From NCBI GenBank assembly GCA_020536535.1, contig JAHLWZ010000866.1, positions 4,005 to 68,004 of the forward strand: a DNA stretch of 64,000 bases, written 5' to 3'. Shown here in pieces: positions 11,220-23,865 of the stretch. Numbering within the stretch: the first letter of the stretch is position 1; the number at the start of each line of letters is the position of its first letter. This stretch comes from Pelomyxa schiedti (lineage: Eukaryota; Protista; Evosea). A program made the position numbers and the translations under genes. The notes under the pieces are model-generated. The model was not told the origin of the DNA. It worked only from the letters and a program-made list of their open reading frames with translations, and did no database searches.

Positions 11220-14200
11220 CTAGCTGCTGCCGTAGATGTCAATGTCACTTCGTTCAGTGTCACCACAGGGCTCGGTTATGTTGCCCACGGCTTGGAGTTT
11301 GGAGACTAGCTCTGGGATGGTGTGAGCTGTTATGTTGCTGCTTCCTGTAAGGGGTACACTGTAGCGGTCTGTGGCCCGGGGGTCGTAGGTTATTCTGTTT
11401 ACTCTGTGGTGTGGTGTGTTTGGTTTGTTAGTTCTTGTGTAGCTGTAGTTTGTTGGTGGAATTTGGGGTGTAGATAGAGATAACCGCAGCTAAGGGTGGT
11501 TCTATGTGTGTGAAAAAAAGGGAATGCAAACCTTTTGTGGACGGGTGCTGTACCCTTCACTTTAGACACTGTAAAGGGGGTATTTTTGGAGTCATTGAAA
11601 CTCACACGAACGAGGAAGGTCCCTTCTTTCCGCGAGACAAGCTTTACCTCGGACTGCATTCTTTCAATGTCCCCGGCAAACCAAACCTGGCGTTTGAGTT
11701 CAACAATCTGTGGGAAGGGGAAAACCCCAAGTTAGTAAGTCCATTTAATAAGAGAGAAGACACACTTCATCAAAAATAGGTCGCCCCGCGGGGACAAAGA
11801 ACAAACCAAACCAGTTGCCCAGTTGATTGAATCGTTCCATTGTCACTACTTTTAGATTCTTATCAACATGTTCCTTCGAGGTTGTCCCTTAAACAAAGTT
11901 AAAGGGTTATTCTGCTTCTGAAATAGAAACCTATGAATTGAGTGAACAGGGATATATGCTCTCCAGAGACAGTGCCAAAGGGGGCTGTCACAAAAGGTAC
12001 GAAGTCTTCTACAGGAACAACTTCTTGTAATTGCTTCATGAGTTAGTTTTCTTTCATTTGAGTGTGAGGCTACCCCACGATTATAGAAGTGATCTCGCCA
12101 GAATTGACGAGCCTGGGGCTCTTCAATCTGACACTCGATTATGGAGAAATTCAAGTCTCTCAGCACCTCCGGGAAAAGTGGTCGGTTATTGGCAAGTTTA
12201 TCCCAACATCGTTTAATAAGTGCCACAAGTGTTGGTGGTAGGGTGCGTTCTATCTCGGGAGCGATAATAGGTCGTTCGTGCTCAATACAAACAGCCTTTA
12301 GTTTTCTTCTGGTGAGGGAAAAGTGGTACGATCATGGCGTGAACCTGAAAGAAGCTATCAATATCATTGTAAGTTGCAAAGGGTTCTTCCCCAGTGAACA
12401 ACTCGTAAAGAATCAAACCAAACGAGTATCTGAGCAGATCTTATTATATCAACTTCTTGAAAATCTACTTACACATCAGCCTTTTCATTGAATTCTTCCA
12501 GGCGCATAACCTCGGGAGCCATATAAAGTGCTGAACTTATAAGACCTAATTTATTTGAAAGGGTGTTGTGCCTGTTCCTTTTGGGCCTTTCATGTCTCTC
12601 AAATTGCGGTTGGTTTTGAGCGTTTCACTGTTCACTTTATTTAAAGGTGGAAGGGAATAAAAGTGGGTACCTGAATCCAAAATCTGTAACCTGGGGAAAA
12701 AAATAAGACGCAAGCCTTACAATGAGATAGGTGTCAAACCTTGACGTGATTATGCTCGTCCAGAAGCAGATTTGCTGGCTAAAAGCAATGAAACACCAGG
12801 TGAAACAAGTGATAAATACCTTTAAATCTTAAGGAGAGTTAGTGGCATAGAACTCTGGAATGAATAAAAACCTCTGTGGATAATCTTACAAATTCCATGA
12901 AGCCAGTTCATTCCATAACCCTGTGGCCTGTGTTAGTGTTGTATGAAACTTTTCATTTTGTGCTCACAGCATCACGAGCCATGATGAGCTTCTGATAAAT
13001 AGAGAATCTGGAGTATAATTCAGGTGTGTGAATCAGGTTATCCAAATCACGTTGCATGAGCTCAGTGACAATAATCAAATTTCCTGGATTTGTGCAAGCC
13101 CCAAGACATAATACAACTGGGGAAATAGTTAAATCAACTGGAAATAAAAAATTGGCAGAAAGTAACCATTGGGATGGAAAATTTTCCTGAAAATAACTAT
13201 TAAAAAAATTGCTAGCGAAATTGAGGAAACCTCATTATCATAACCTCATGTCGGAACATCTGCAATTCCGGAGGTGTAAGGTGCTGTTTTAGTGGGATCT
13301 TGACTGCCACAGTGGTTCCACGGCATGATGCTATTTGAAGAGGTGAGGGTGACTGCCCCTTTCTCACAAATACATACCACGGTATACACTACCAAAGGCT
13401 CCACCCCCAAGGTAATCTCTATCCTTGTCAAAGTGAATCTCTGTGGGTGGTATCTCAGGTGGACCCACATTTTGGAGCTTAAGGAAACGAGGTGTTAGAT
13501 AAATACGAACAGAGAGTTATGCAACCCTTGTAGCCCCTTGTTGAGCTAGTGTTGTGGCGCCAGCACCATACATTCCTGGATCGATTTCGTCTTGATCCTG
13601 CACTTGTGTAGCAGGAGTAGTTGGGGTTGAAGTGGAAGTTGTGCTCGTTGAGGATGAAGTAGAGGTGGCTGAGCCACTCTAAGGTACTTCTGTTTAAGAA
13701 ATACATAGATTAAAAAAAAAAAAAAGGGCACCTCTCCTCTAATGGGGCCAGGTGAAGCAGAATTTTTCACAATATCTGGCCGCTTCTCAGCAAAAGTCTG
13801 TACACAAATCAGATGGTTTTAAGGTGTGGAGGCAATGTACAGTGACAATATTAACAATTCGAGCTATCTCAGCCACAGCTTTCTCGAGGCTTTTTTCTGC
13901 ATCCTCCAGGAAATGTCAAAATGGGATTGTAAAACATAACAAAGTAAAGCAACCTTAATTTTGGATTTTTGGGTTTCGTGGGCCTTAATGAAGGCCGTGA
14001 GTTCACTTTCATTTACGCACAACACATGCATAGCAGATCTCAAGTCGTAAAGCCCCGCATTGTGGTCCAGCTTTTTCCTGCCTCGCCGTAAAAAAAAAAA
14101 ACGAGTACAAAGCACAGCAGGAAAAAAAAAACCGTAACAGCAAACAACTCAGGGTCTCCCAGACCACCCACACTTAACATTGAGATCTACGCACGCGACG

Positions 14201-14244
14201 ATCTCATCCACAGACTTGCACAGCAGGTGCGTATCAGCCGACAT
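11220..14244 (-). CDS. TKL protein kinase with C-terminal SH2 domain (Dictyostelium Shk-like); many small exons; N-terminal region uncertain
   Basis: Spliced motifs GGAFGSVYRG, AVKIP, IFHPN, IIHRDLKPAN, VTDFGFS, GTALYMAPEV, KADVYSFGLIL and RCWDKLANNRP. SH2 WFAGDIER...GTFLVRVS (11399-11680). Confidence 0.88.
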
Positions 14245-14441
14245 TCACTTTATGTTTTTCGTTTTCAACAAACCCAACAGTGAAAAGCACTTTCAAAGAA
14301 TTTCTTTTGAGAAATCGGGAGATTGCCCGGATGCATCCCACAGGGCCAAAAGAAGGCAAAAACCAACAAAGCACCAAATCCCAACAAGCCCAGCCACTTG
14401 TGTTATGGATTACATGTAGGTTGTAAGTGACAAGTGGAACT

Positions 14442-17400
14442 TCAATTGTTGATGGCAAGTAGAATGGCAACAGGGGTACACGGTGCGTTGAGGGAGAAAG
14501 AATCAATGGACTCAGAAGGAATTCCACTGCGGTCCCTTCTGGCTGCTATTACCGCATGGCGTACTGCAAAGCTGGCAGAGGCAGCCATTCCGAGCGGTGG
14601 TTCGCTGTGTGAATGTATGTTAGTTCCGGTGTGGCGTGCACTGTGTGATTCACTCACCCAATGCCCCTGGAGCTAAACACAGCTGGTGATGGATCGGGAT
14701 TGGATAAAAGTGCCACACGGAAATCCATTGGTATATCGTAGACAGAAGGGATCTTATAAGTCTGAGCATTGCGGGTGACCATGTTCCCTTTGGAGTCTCT
14801 TACGATTTCCTCCATAAGGAATTCTCCAAGTCCTTGGACAAAGCAGCCTTCAACCTTTCAGATAACATAACTGAGTCTAGTGTAGTTGCATTGGCATGGA
14901 AGGTACCTGCCCAATGTCTATTCCTGGATTTAAGGACTTGCCAGCGTCATACAGTAGGTCAGCGCGTAGGACCTACACAGAGTCAGGGAATTTTGTGCAA
15001 CAGGGGAAGGAAACCTGAGTTCTTCCAGTTAAAACCTCAATTTCTACCTGAAGAGATTAATGTCGGATGACTGCAGGAAAAGTAACTTACCTCCGTAACA
15101 GCGGCACCAAAGCAGAAATAGTTGAATCCTTTTCCAGTATGCGTTTCAAAATCGTAGCCCACATTTGGAGTGGCATAATGACCGGCACAGGAAAGGGAAA
15201 CTCTATTCTTGTATGCTGCATCACAGACTGCAGCAAATGGTTTCCCTCTGAGTTGTTCCTTGAAGGGTTGAAGGCGTACATTGAGCTCTTCACACGCTTT
15301 AAGTACTGCTCCACCTGTTTTTTTTTAGAGGCAAATTTATATTGTCCAATAGGGACAGAAGGACAAACCAACAAGGTCTGTGCCTGCCGAAGCTGCTGTT
15401 GGGATAATGTTTGGAGTACGAGAAGTATCTGTTTCAGTTACTGTTATACTCGCGACAGGGATGCCAAGAACATAAGATGCAATCTGTGCAACTTTCGTGT
15501 TGAGTCCCTTGTTGTGAAAACGTCAGTGGGAGAAGATCCGACTTGAAGTGCTACCTGTCCCATCTCAATTCCGCTGTGAGAAATAATACAAGTACCGTCG
15601 ACATATAGATTTACAAGGGCATTTGCTTGATTGAGGAATTGCACTTCAAAAGAAAGACCGTGCTTCATTGGAGTAATGGAAATGCCCCGTTTGATAAACT
15701 TGTTGTTTGCATTGAAAAGTGCAATTTCATGTTCCCGGGCTTCATAATTAGACTCCCTGAAGTGTCATCATTATCATTGGTTACTTTCCATTGGACCGTT
15801 ACATGCCTCTTTAACTGTGCCCAGATTCTTCTTATAGTATTGTACTCCACTAGCTGGTTGTACGGTGTTGTTTGGCCTGCTTCATACAAATTCAGTTCTC
15901 GGACACGCTCCACCGTGAACCCAACGGTTCTTGCTATGTGCTCCATTAAAATTTCTGCACAATAGATAGCTTGGGGAACTCCAAATCCTCTCATGGCGGA
16001 GTTGGACGTTGTGTTTGTGCGACAGGCTCTGCCAACCACACGGAAATTAGGAATCCAATAGCAGCTGTCCATGTGAAGCAGAGCCCTTGTCAGCACAGTA
16101 GTACTGTACGGTATTCTATGCCCGCCGTCACTGTGGACTTTCCAATCAACAAACAGTATTTTTCCATCTGGGGTGCAGCCAGCTCTGTATTTTGCCTGGA
16201 ATGGATGCCTGCCTCCAGTTACTTGCATGTCCGTATCCCTGTTTTTCTCTTTCAGTAAGCTAGGAAAATATAAAGATAAGAAAACCTGTCAAGCTGTAAA
16301 ATGACGGGAGTATTCGCTGCCTGCGCAGCCACAGCAACGCAGCATGGCAGAAAATATGTGCACTCTTTACCACCAAAACTGCCCCCAAGTCGTTTGACAG
16401 TCACAGTCACTTGACTTTCCTTCAACCCCAGTACTTTGGCTACACTAACCTGGTGATTGTTGAGACAAGGGCTCCCAGTAAAGAAAAAGCAATACCTGAG
16501 TTTTGTCTGGGTGTTGTGTTGTTGCCTTGACCAAGATGGAACCGCCCTCTTGAGGGAATGCTGATGCAACATGAGGTTCCAGGTAAAAGTGTTCTTGTCC
16601 GCCTGCGGTTGCCAATTAGTGTCCCACTTTTCCTTCTGAAAAAAGTACCCAAGAAAACGCTCCCCTCCAAAATAATTGGTGCTTCCACATTCACGGAACC
16701 GCGTTCCAGTACATACTCTTTACATAGATATGAATTGGCTTTTATTGCATCATTGATTGTCAAAATAGGTTCCAGTTCTTCATACTGAAGGATGTTAAAA
16801 CACAGGAAAAGTCACATTCACACGCACTTCTATCTTCACCATAGGTGCTGCCATCTTTGCTTGTTCAGGGGTTTTAGCCAGCACCAACCCGATAATGTGG
16901 CCCACACAATGAACTTCCTTATCTGCAAATACTTCCATATCGTAGTAGAAAACGTTACTTCCAACAATATCTGGAAGTTTATGGGGCCGAAGAAATAAAA
17001 CATCAGTACTTTAAAAAAAAAAACAAACAAAGAAAAAAAAAACCTTTTGCTGACACAAATTTGACGACACCCGGCATGCTAAGGGCTGGAGCTGCATCTA
17101 TTGACAGCATTCTCGCTCTTGCTTTGGTGCTCATTACAAGGGCTGCATACAGGACATTGTTTGGCAAATACATATCAGCCAGATAGACCGCCTCCCCAGT
17201 TGTGTGAAACTAAAGAAAGTTTTTTGGTTTCTTGGGAAAATGGAAGATGAATTACACTTGCAGAGAGGTGCGGCAAATCGGTTCCCAAAACACCAGTATC
17301 AGTAGTTCTGTCAAATACTTGCGAGAATGTCATTGTTGACGGTGTTTTTATCTCCACGGCAAGGTTTGTTGTTGTCTCAAGGTAGAATTTTCTGAAGAGA

Positions 17401-19246
17401 TTGAGAACAAGTTGGTGCTTGTAAACTTGGAAGCAAGTCAATGCTGTTTCAGTGCTAACAGGAGGGAGTGGTGATGGGGCAGGGAATATTGCTTTTGCCC
17501 AGAGTTCAAGGGAATTCAGTACATTGGGTACAACGCTGTCATTCCAACAGCTTCCGACTAAGCTGGATTTGATGGAGTCCACCTTGTTGAGTTAAAGATG
17601 TGTTGTATAGAATCTGAGAATATAGAAAACCTCGAGAAGTCTATGTTCTGGACAACCAAAGAAAAATGAACAGTGCTTTACAATATTTTCGGGGGACAGA
17701 TCAATGACAAAAGATGCCCCAATCATCGATTTATCATTATACATCGTGCGTGACATTCGATATGACCTGCAAAGGAAATTAGAGGAAAGCTTCTCAAGAG
17801 AAATATACCCAACAAGCCTCTTCAAAGTAGAGGGTGACCCCAGTGGAATTCGTACTGTAACAAGAAAGGCACCTTTGTGCTCCTTCAAAGTTGCCACAAC
17901 GTCTTGGATGCGTACTTGCAATTCTTGTAGTGGCTTGGGTACAATTACAAGTGCTGTGGCTTCCAGTGAAGATAGAAGAGGGAGGATATCCGAATATGCG
18001 TCATTGCACACAATTCCGCCAAGTGTAATGGTATTTCTTGCGGCGTAATTTGCTATATGTGTACAGCATTTGTGAAGCTGACTGAGGGGAGTATTCTAGA
18101 GTAGATTATGAAGGGATAATTTCTAAAGGCACACACAGGTTTTTCAGACGCTGTGGTATCAAGTGAACTGACAAGGTCTGCCAGTGCTACCGAGGCACCA
18201 ACAACTAAATTCCCTTCTTGGGCAATAACGGACTTCATTTCTGCAACTCTTCCCACTTGCACAAACACGACATTTGAGTCTCCGTTGCAGAGTGCAGGTA
18301 AAATTCCATTGTGCGTGAAGTTTGCGCCTCCTCCAACAATATGGGATAGAGGATATGTTGCCCTTAACTCCGTAATTTGTGCAAGGTTCAGGGGTGAAAA
18401 CCATTGCTTCCTGCCACTGGCACTACAGATAGCCAAGAGAGGGCACAGGCTTTTGTTTTTAGGATTTAATCGTGCAGTAAGCTCTGGCGGAATAGTAGGC
18501 GGTACAATGATAACAGGATTTGCAGTAAATGAAGTAGCCACATCGACAACAGGTCTGTATCCTGAAGGTAAAGTTGTAAGTCTGAAAAGTAGGGGAACTA
18601 AGTCTCACAAACCAGTGCACCTGCACAAGTTGCCCTGAAGAGCTTCCTCGATATCTGGTACACTGGGAGTCGCGTTCCGTACAAGCAGTCCGTAAATTGA
18701 CATCACCATCCCTGCACTGCAAAAGCCACACTGTGTGCCATGGTTCCTGGCAAGGCGTTCCTGAATTGGATGCAAGCCGCCACGTGTCCCACCAAGCCCC
18801 TCAGAAGTTGTCACCATCATTCCGTCAACTGAAAGTCGTATTAGAAAGGAGAACAAGAAGAAAGGCAATACCTGCCGCCAACGGAATGAGGCACGACTTA
18901 ACGGCACGATGCACAGGTTTCCCATCAGATTCGCAATACGACAGAATGACCGTGCACGTACCACAACTAGTTTAAGGAATCGGGCATTAATAAGAATATA
19001 CAAAACAAGATCTCTCATCGTATATACACGTAGATCTAAGAGTACATAACAGAACGGAATAAAACAACCAACGCTCTATACGTACTTTCCTTGTCCGCAG
19101 CCCTCCTTTACGCTCCTCGTCGCCCGCTTTTGTGGCAGATCTCGGCGCAGAAAATTCGACAGTGTCCAAGACAGATCCAACTCGGCAGCATCCACCTCGA
19201 CCAACCGGCCATTAACGCCAAACAAAAGTCTGTTTGTGACCTCCAT
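14442..19246 (-). CDS. XDH: Xanthine dehydrogenase/oxidoreductase (2x 2Fe-2S, FAD and Moco domains); spliced
   Basis: KEGCGQGNCGTCTV; [15 protein letters not shown]; [11 protein letters not shown]; [10 protein letters not shown]; [10 protein letters not shown]; [10 protein letters not shown]; SHSGIEMGQ; GIGEPPL. Equivalents of bovine Glu802, Arg880 and Glu1261 appear to be kept, favouring XDH over aldehyde oxidase. Confidence 0.92.
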
Positions 19247-19405
19247 TGCTTTGTCCTTTCAAACGTTGCCGAGTTTTTTTCGTTTGTTTGGTTTTTACTT
19301 TGTGGATCTTTTGTATTCGTATTCCGAGATTATTACTAACCAAGGTCCATTCACGTAACAAAAAAACCGGTTTTTTGTTCGCGGTGCGTGTTTGGCCAAC
19401 ACGCA

Positions 19406-20610
19406 TTAAACAAGGGAGGCCGGCGCCTCTGGGGTTTGTGGAATTATGGGTATAGGTAAGAACCATTGCCAGCGGCTGTCACCAAAGTGCTCACAGATAT
19501 TGCTCCTTACTCCTTTATCATATGGCCTGTCACTCTTCTGTGGTAGAGGTAAGTGATTTGGAGGTGTGTGTTAGTTGGTTGTTTTTACCTGTCCATAAGG
19601 AGTTCTGAAGGACCGGTTTGTCAGGGCCATGAGCTCTTTGCTTGTTAGATTAAACAAGATCATGAAGAAGTGGTGCAAAAAGAGGCAGAAGAGAGTTAAG
19701 CTCTGTGAGGCACCAGAAACAATTGCCAGGTAAAGCAGAATAAGCCACAGGTTTGTCAATGTGGCAAACCCCTTGTTCCCGAAATTTTATGTTGGTTTTG
19801 GATGTTGAGTGGACATGCGCATTAAGTTGTTGTATTTGACGAGTGGGTGAAATACAACTGCTTACTGTGAAATGGAGAATCAATCTAGTAATCAATGAAA
19901 GGCAAGATATCACCCCTGCCATCGCACTGTACATCACAAAAAGAATGAACAGTTTCCGATTATTTTTCCCTATGCACTGCGGTACCCAAGGGCCTAGAAG
20001 TTAGAAACAGAGTAAATTAAACGTGTGAGTTTGGAGAAGGAAGTACAGTGGTGATCCATTCCAAGAATACACCTTTATTAAACTATTGATGAATGTTGAG
20101 GAGAGAGAAAATAAAGAAGAAGTTGATACTTGTTGCAAACGTGACAATGTCTGGAACGTGGAGGCTTGGCCTGGTTGCATTCCTCACAAAAATCTTCTTT
20201 ATTCTTACGAATCCAATTAATTAACACGAAACAAATAGTAAATTGCACAGTGCACTAACCTGCACCTCAGGGGTGTAGCTTGGATCCACGAAACCAGGTG
20301 GCGTTTGACAAAGAATCCAGTAAACCCAGCCAGCCACACAATAAAGTCCAAGGTTGACGACAATTAGAATCAGTGTAGGTGTGCTAAATCGAGCAAGTGG
20401 CGCTCCTGCATAAAACGTAACCCTATATATTGGCATTTTATGAGGACATATACACTATGGTTTTTTTTAATTGTTTTAAATTTTTTTTTTGAATGGCGTT
20501 ACAAACAGAGAAAAACAAAACAGGATGATCCCGTAGACAAAACAAACAGCCATGGTCTTTTGGTTGCTCAAATGACGCGCCACTTTGAGCGTAACAATAG
20601 AGCCCTGCAT
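19406..20610 (-). CDS. DHHC palmitoyltransferase; spliced
   Basis: TPPGFVDP; CEECNQAKPPRSRHCHVCNKCILGMDHHCPWVPQCIGKNNRKLF; TM helices; C-terminal PYDKGVRSNICEHFG...WFLP. Confidence 0.93.
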
Positions 20611-20708
20611 TTCGTATGAATTTTTTCAACAGATTCTTGTAAAAAAAAAAAAAGAATCATTCCTCTTTGTGGTGTTGATGATGGGGCAACTACTAGTTTT
20701 TACAGTCA

Positions 20709-23608
20709 CTACTGAAGGCAACACTTGCGGTCCGGGTCAGGTTCTGGTGTTGTATTTTGGCTACGAACCCAATGCCGCACTGTGTTTTGCATCATGATTT
20801 GTAATGAAGAGGTGAGTTGCATGGCTGAAATTTCACAGTAGGGAACAGAGAGCTTCCTGCAGTTTCAAAAGCAGGGGAATAAAAAGTTAGTTAGCAAGTT
20901 GGATTGAGATTCAGGTTATGTACCTCGATAGAGCCTCTCCTTCACTCTGACTGATGCACTTGAGGGTGGTGGCAGCTCGAAGGTCTCTGGTGTTGTGTTT
21001 GGTTGGGCAAGTTGTGTTCAATATTGAGCAATACACACATCTTGGTGGCCACAAGAAGATAGGGAGTATCTGGACAGAACCTACGAATTTCTGGAACCCA
21101 TTTAGCCTCCTACTTGAGAATTCAGAGTGGTAAAAGTGGAATAGCCGTACTACACACCACATCCCTAATGCTATCCGGGGAATTAACAGCGAACATAACA
21201 AGAAACATATCTGTGGAGGGATACCTAAAGCACAAAAGGAATTAAAGCAATGCGGGAACAAAGAAACACAGTTACGATAGTGGTCGCAATCTGTCATAGT
21301 CTTCCTGTCCAGCCTACGATATAGAGTCAAGGAAGTTCAACACATAGGAAAATTACAGTATCCCAAAAATTGATGGAAAATATTAGCTTGTCAACGATAA
21401 TACTAGTAGAGGGGCTCTCAAATCCGGCTGTATATAGGAAGGTTCTTAGATCGTTGTTAAGCAAGACAAAGATAAAGGATGAAGTCGTATACGGGAAAAT
21501 ATTGTCTACGCATGTCCTGATGGCAGAAGTTTTACCCACGCCTGGATTTCCAACAAGAACGAGTTTCATGGAAGGCTGAAGAACGCCACCAAATTTATGT
21601 TTTTGCTTGTGTAATGTATTTCGCCAGGATATCAGCTGGAAGAAGCTTAATCTCCTGTCATAGTTACCATGAAGGTCTACCTGGGATCGTGCGGATATAG
21701 GCGGTGACAACACTGTCGTTGCTAATCCTGATGCAAATTCGGTCCATAACTGGTCATTGAAGCAAGTAATACGATACCACTGCTTGCATACAGCACCACA
21801 CCTAGAGTAAAATTGATTCACTGATACTTGAGATTATGCATCACCTGGCTAAGTCACTAGGGTTGTCCAGATACGAAAAAATTTGAAATAAAATATCATC
21901 AGGGAGTAAGTTGGATCTGACTAACTCCTGCTCCTGGTTTACAGCAACTAACATCCTGCATTTGAGGAGGTCTCCACTTTTGGTTAATACTTGTCCACCA
22001 GTAATGTACAGATATTCTCTGGTTACCATTTAAAATCCCCTCAACGAAACCTGTACATACCGGAAGATACAAGCAGCTCCAAATGAATGTGACTGGAAAA
22101 TAGAACCTGCGTACTTAGGAGAGTGTGTTGTCCACATGTATCGTTGAAGGTCAAGAGTGTGAATGGCGCAAGCAGCCACTTTTTTAGTCTGTGGGAAACT
22201 TCCACCAAATATGTGAAGCTCTCCCGAGCTGGTGTCCAGTGTGTGAGCTGATCCCCACCTTAAACCGGTTTGGTAAAGGGTTATCTCGGTAGTGATCAGA
22301 CCTCGGGAGGGGAACATCACCAGTGACCGTTATTAGCGACCATTGTAAAGTTTCCAAATTGAGCTGCCACAGGTCGCTATCAACGGGATCTCTGCTGTTG
22401 GCGGAAAGACCACCAAAGATATACATCTTTCCATTATACTGACAGGCAGAATGGAAATACCTAACACAGAGTGAGTTGTAGGCGGCAATATCCGCATATT
22501 ACCGTGGGGGGATTTCACCTTGGGCAGCAACTGAATTCCATGATTGGGAGAGGGTATTATACGAATATACGTCATTGCATGTATTCCTGTGCAATATGAG
22601 AAGTTCATCGACGACATTTGACATACCCATTACAATCATAACCGCCAAATATGAAAATAATATCATTGAAAATGACGGCTGAGTGTCCATACCGCATCTG
22701 ACGACTAGTCACTCAAATGCAAGAAAGGTGAAGTGAACATTTGGAGCATTGTCACTCTGAAAGCCTTGCGGAGATAGGCGTTTCCAAGAATTTGTGCCCA
22801 AAGATAGTTGCCACAAGTCATTCAATATAAAACTGGGCGCTAAGTTTAGGCAGCTGGCAATATTTATGTCGAAAGTTGAATTCCACACGTGTTGCGGCCG
22901 CCAAATATAAACACAGAGTCACAGCTGTGGGAATACACCGAAGAGTGATGAATCCTCCTCAAAGCCTCTGAACAACCAAAAAAAAGGAGGAGAAAAAAAA
23001 AAAAGGCAAGGGAGAATCGCCGCGTCAGTCCAACCAGCGAATTCAGGAGAAAGAATGAAACTATTCGAAAAAGCGGAGTGACGGCTAATCATACTATCAG
23101 TTCCCCCCGTAGTCGTTAGCTTTTCCCATCTGAACCCAACTCTCTCACCAGTCCCTTCAGGCCACAACCTCCAAACCTCAGATAAGAAAATTCTCTCAAT
23201 GGAATTCACAGCCCCTGAGGCTGAGGCTGAGGCTGAGGCTGTGCTTGAGGACAAAGGCAGGCAGGCACCGCCAAACATGACGGCGTGGGACCCATAATCG
23301 GAGACCGCCAGTGGCATCCCCGTCGGGGCGCCACTGGGCGGGGCCTCGGCCGGCCTGTGGTGCGCCCCGGGGGCAATCCCATAAGCCTGGTACGTCGGCG
23401 GCGGTACCCTTGTCATGCTGTGCCCGTATCTGCACACTGGCACCCCACACACTACGGCTGCTCCTCCTCCAACACTCGATGTCGCTGCCTCCGTCGTGGA
23501 AGTCGTTGGTGCCGATGTTGATGGGACCCCTGGGTCATTGGGCTCAATATCAGTAGACACCAACGACCACCACGAGGCAGTTCCCACGCCCCTTGATCGT
23601 CGCTTCAT
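20709..23608 (-). CDS. Kelch repeat - F-box - Rho-family GTPase fusion with C-terminal CaaX (CCLQ)
   Basis: Kelch repeats (RYGHSM, VMFGGA, MYIFGGL, LHIFGGS, LYITGG). F-box LLPDDILFQIFSYLDNPSDLARCGAVCKQWY. GTPase KLVLVGNPGVGKTS, WDTAGQEDYDRLRPLSYP, VATKIDLR, CEISA. Ends RKCCLQ*. Confidence 0.82.
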
Positions 23609-23865
23609 GAAAAACAGATTGACTTGACATTTGTTCAAGTCTTCTGAAAAAAGCACTTGAGCAAATTTGTGCATTAAGGTGTGTACAGAATTGACCCTGG
23701 AGCCATTCCATGGTATTACTGACTGTGTTACATTTGCATGGCCTGGCAATAGATTTCATGAACTGAGTAGAAGACAGTTGGAAACTCAAATGGTGGAATG
23801 CAAAACAAATACATTTTATTACATAGAGGATAGGCTTTCCTTAGGTGTGAAGGTGTGCGCTAGAA

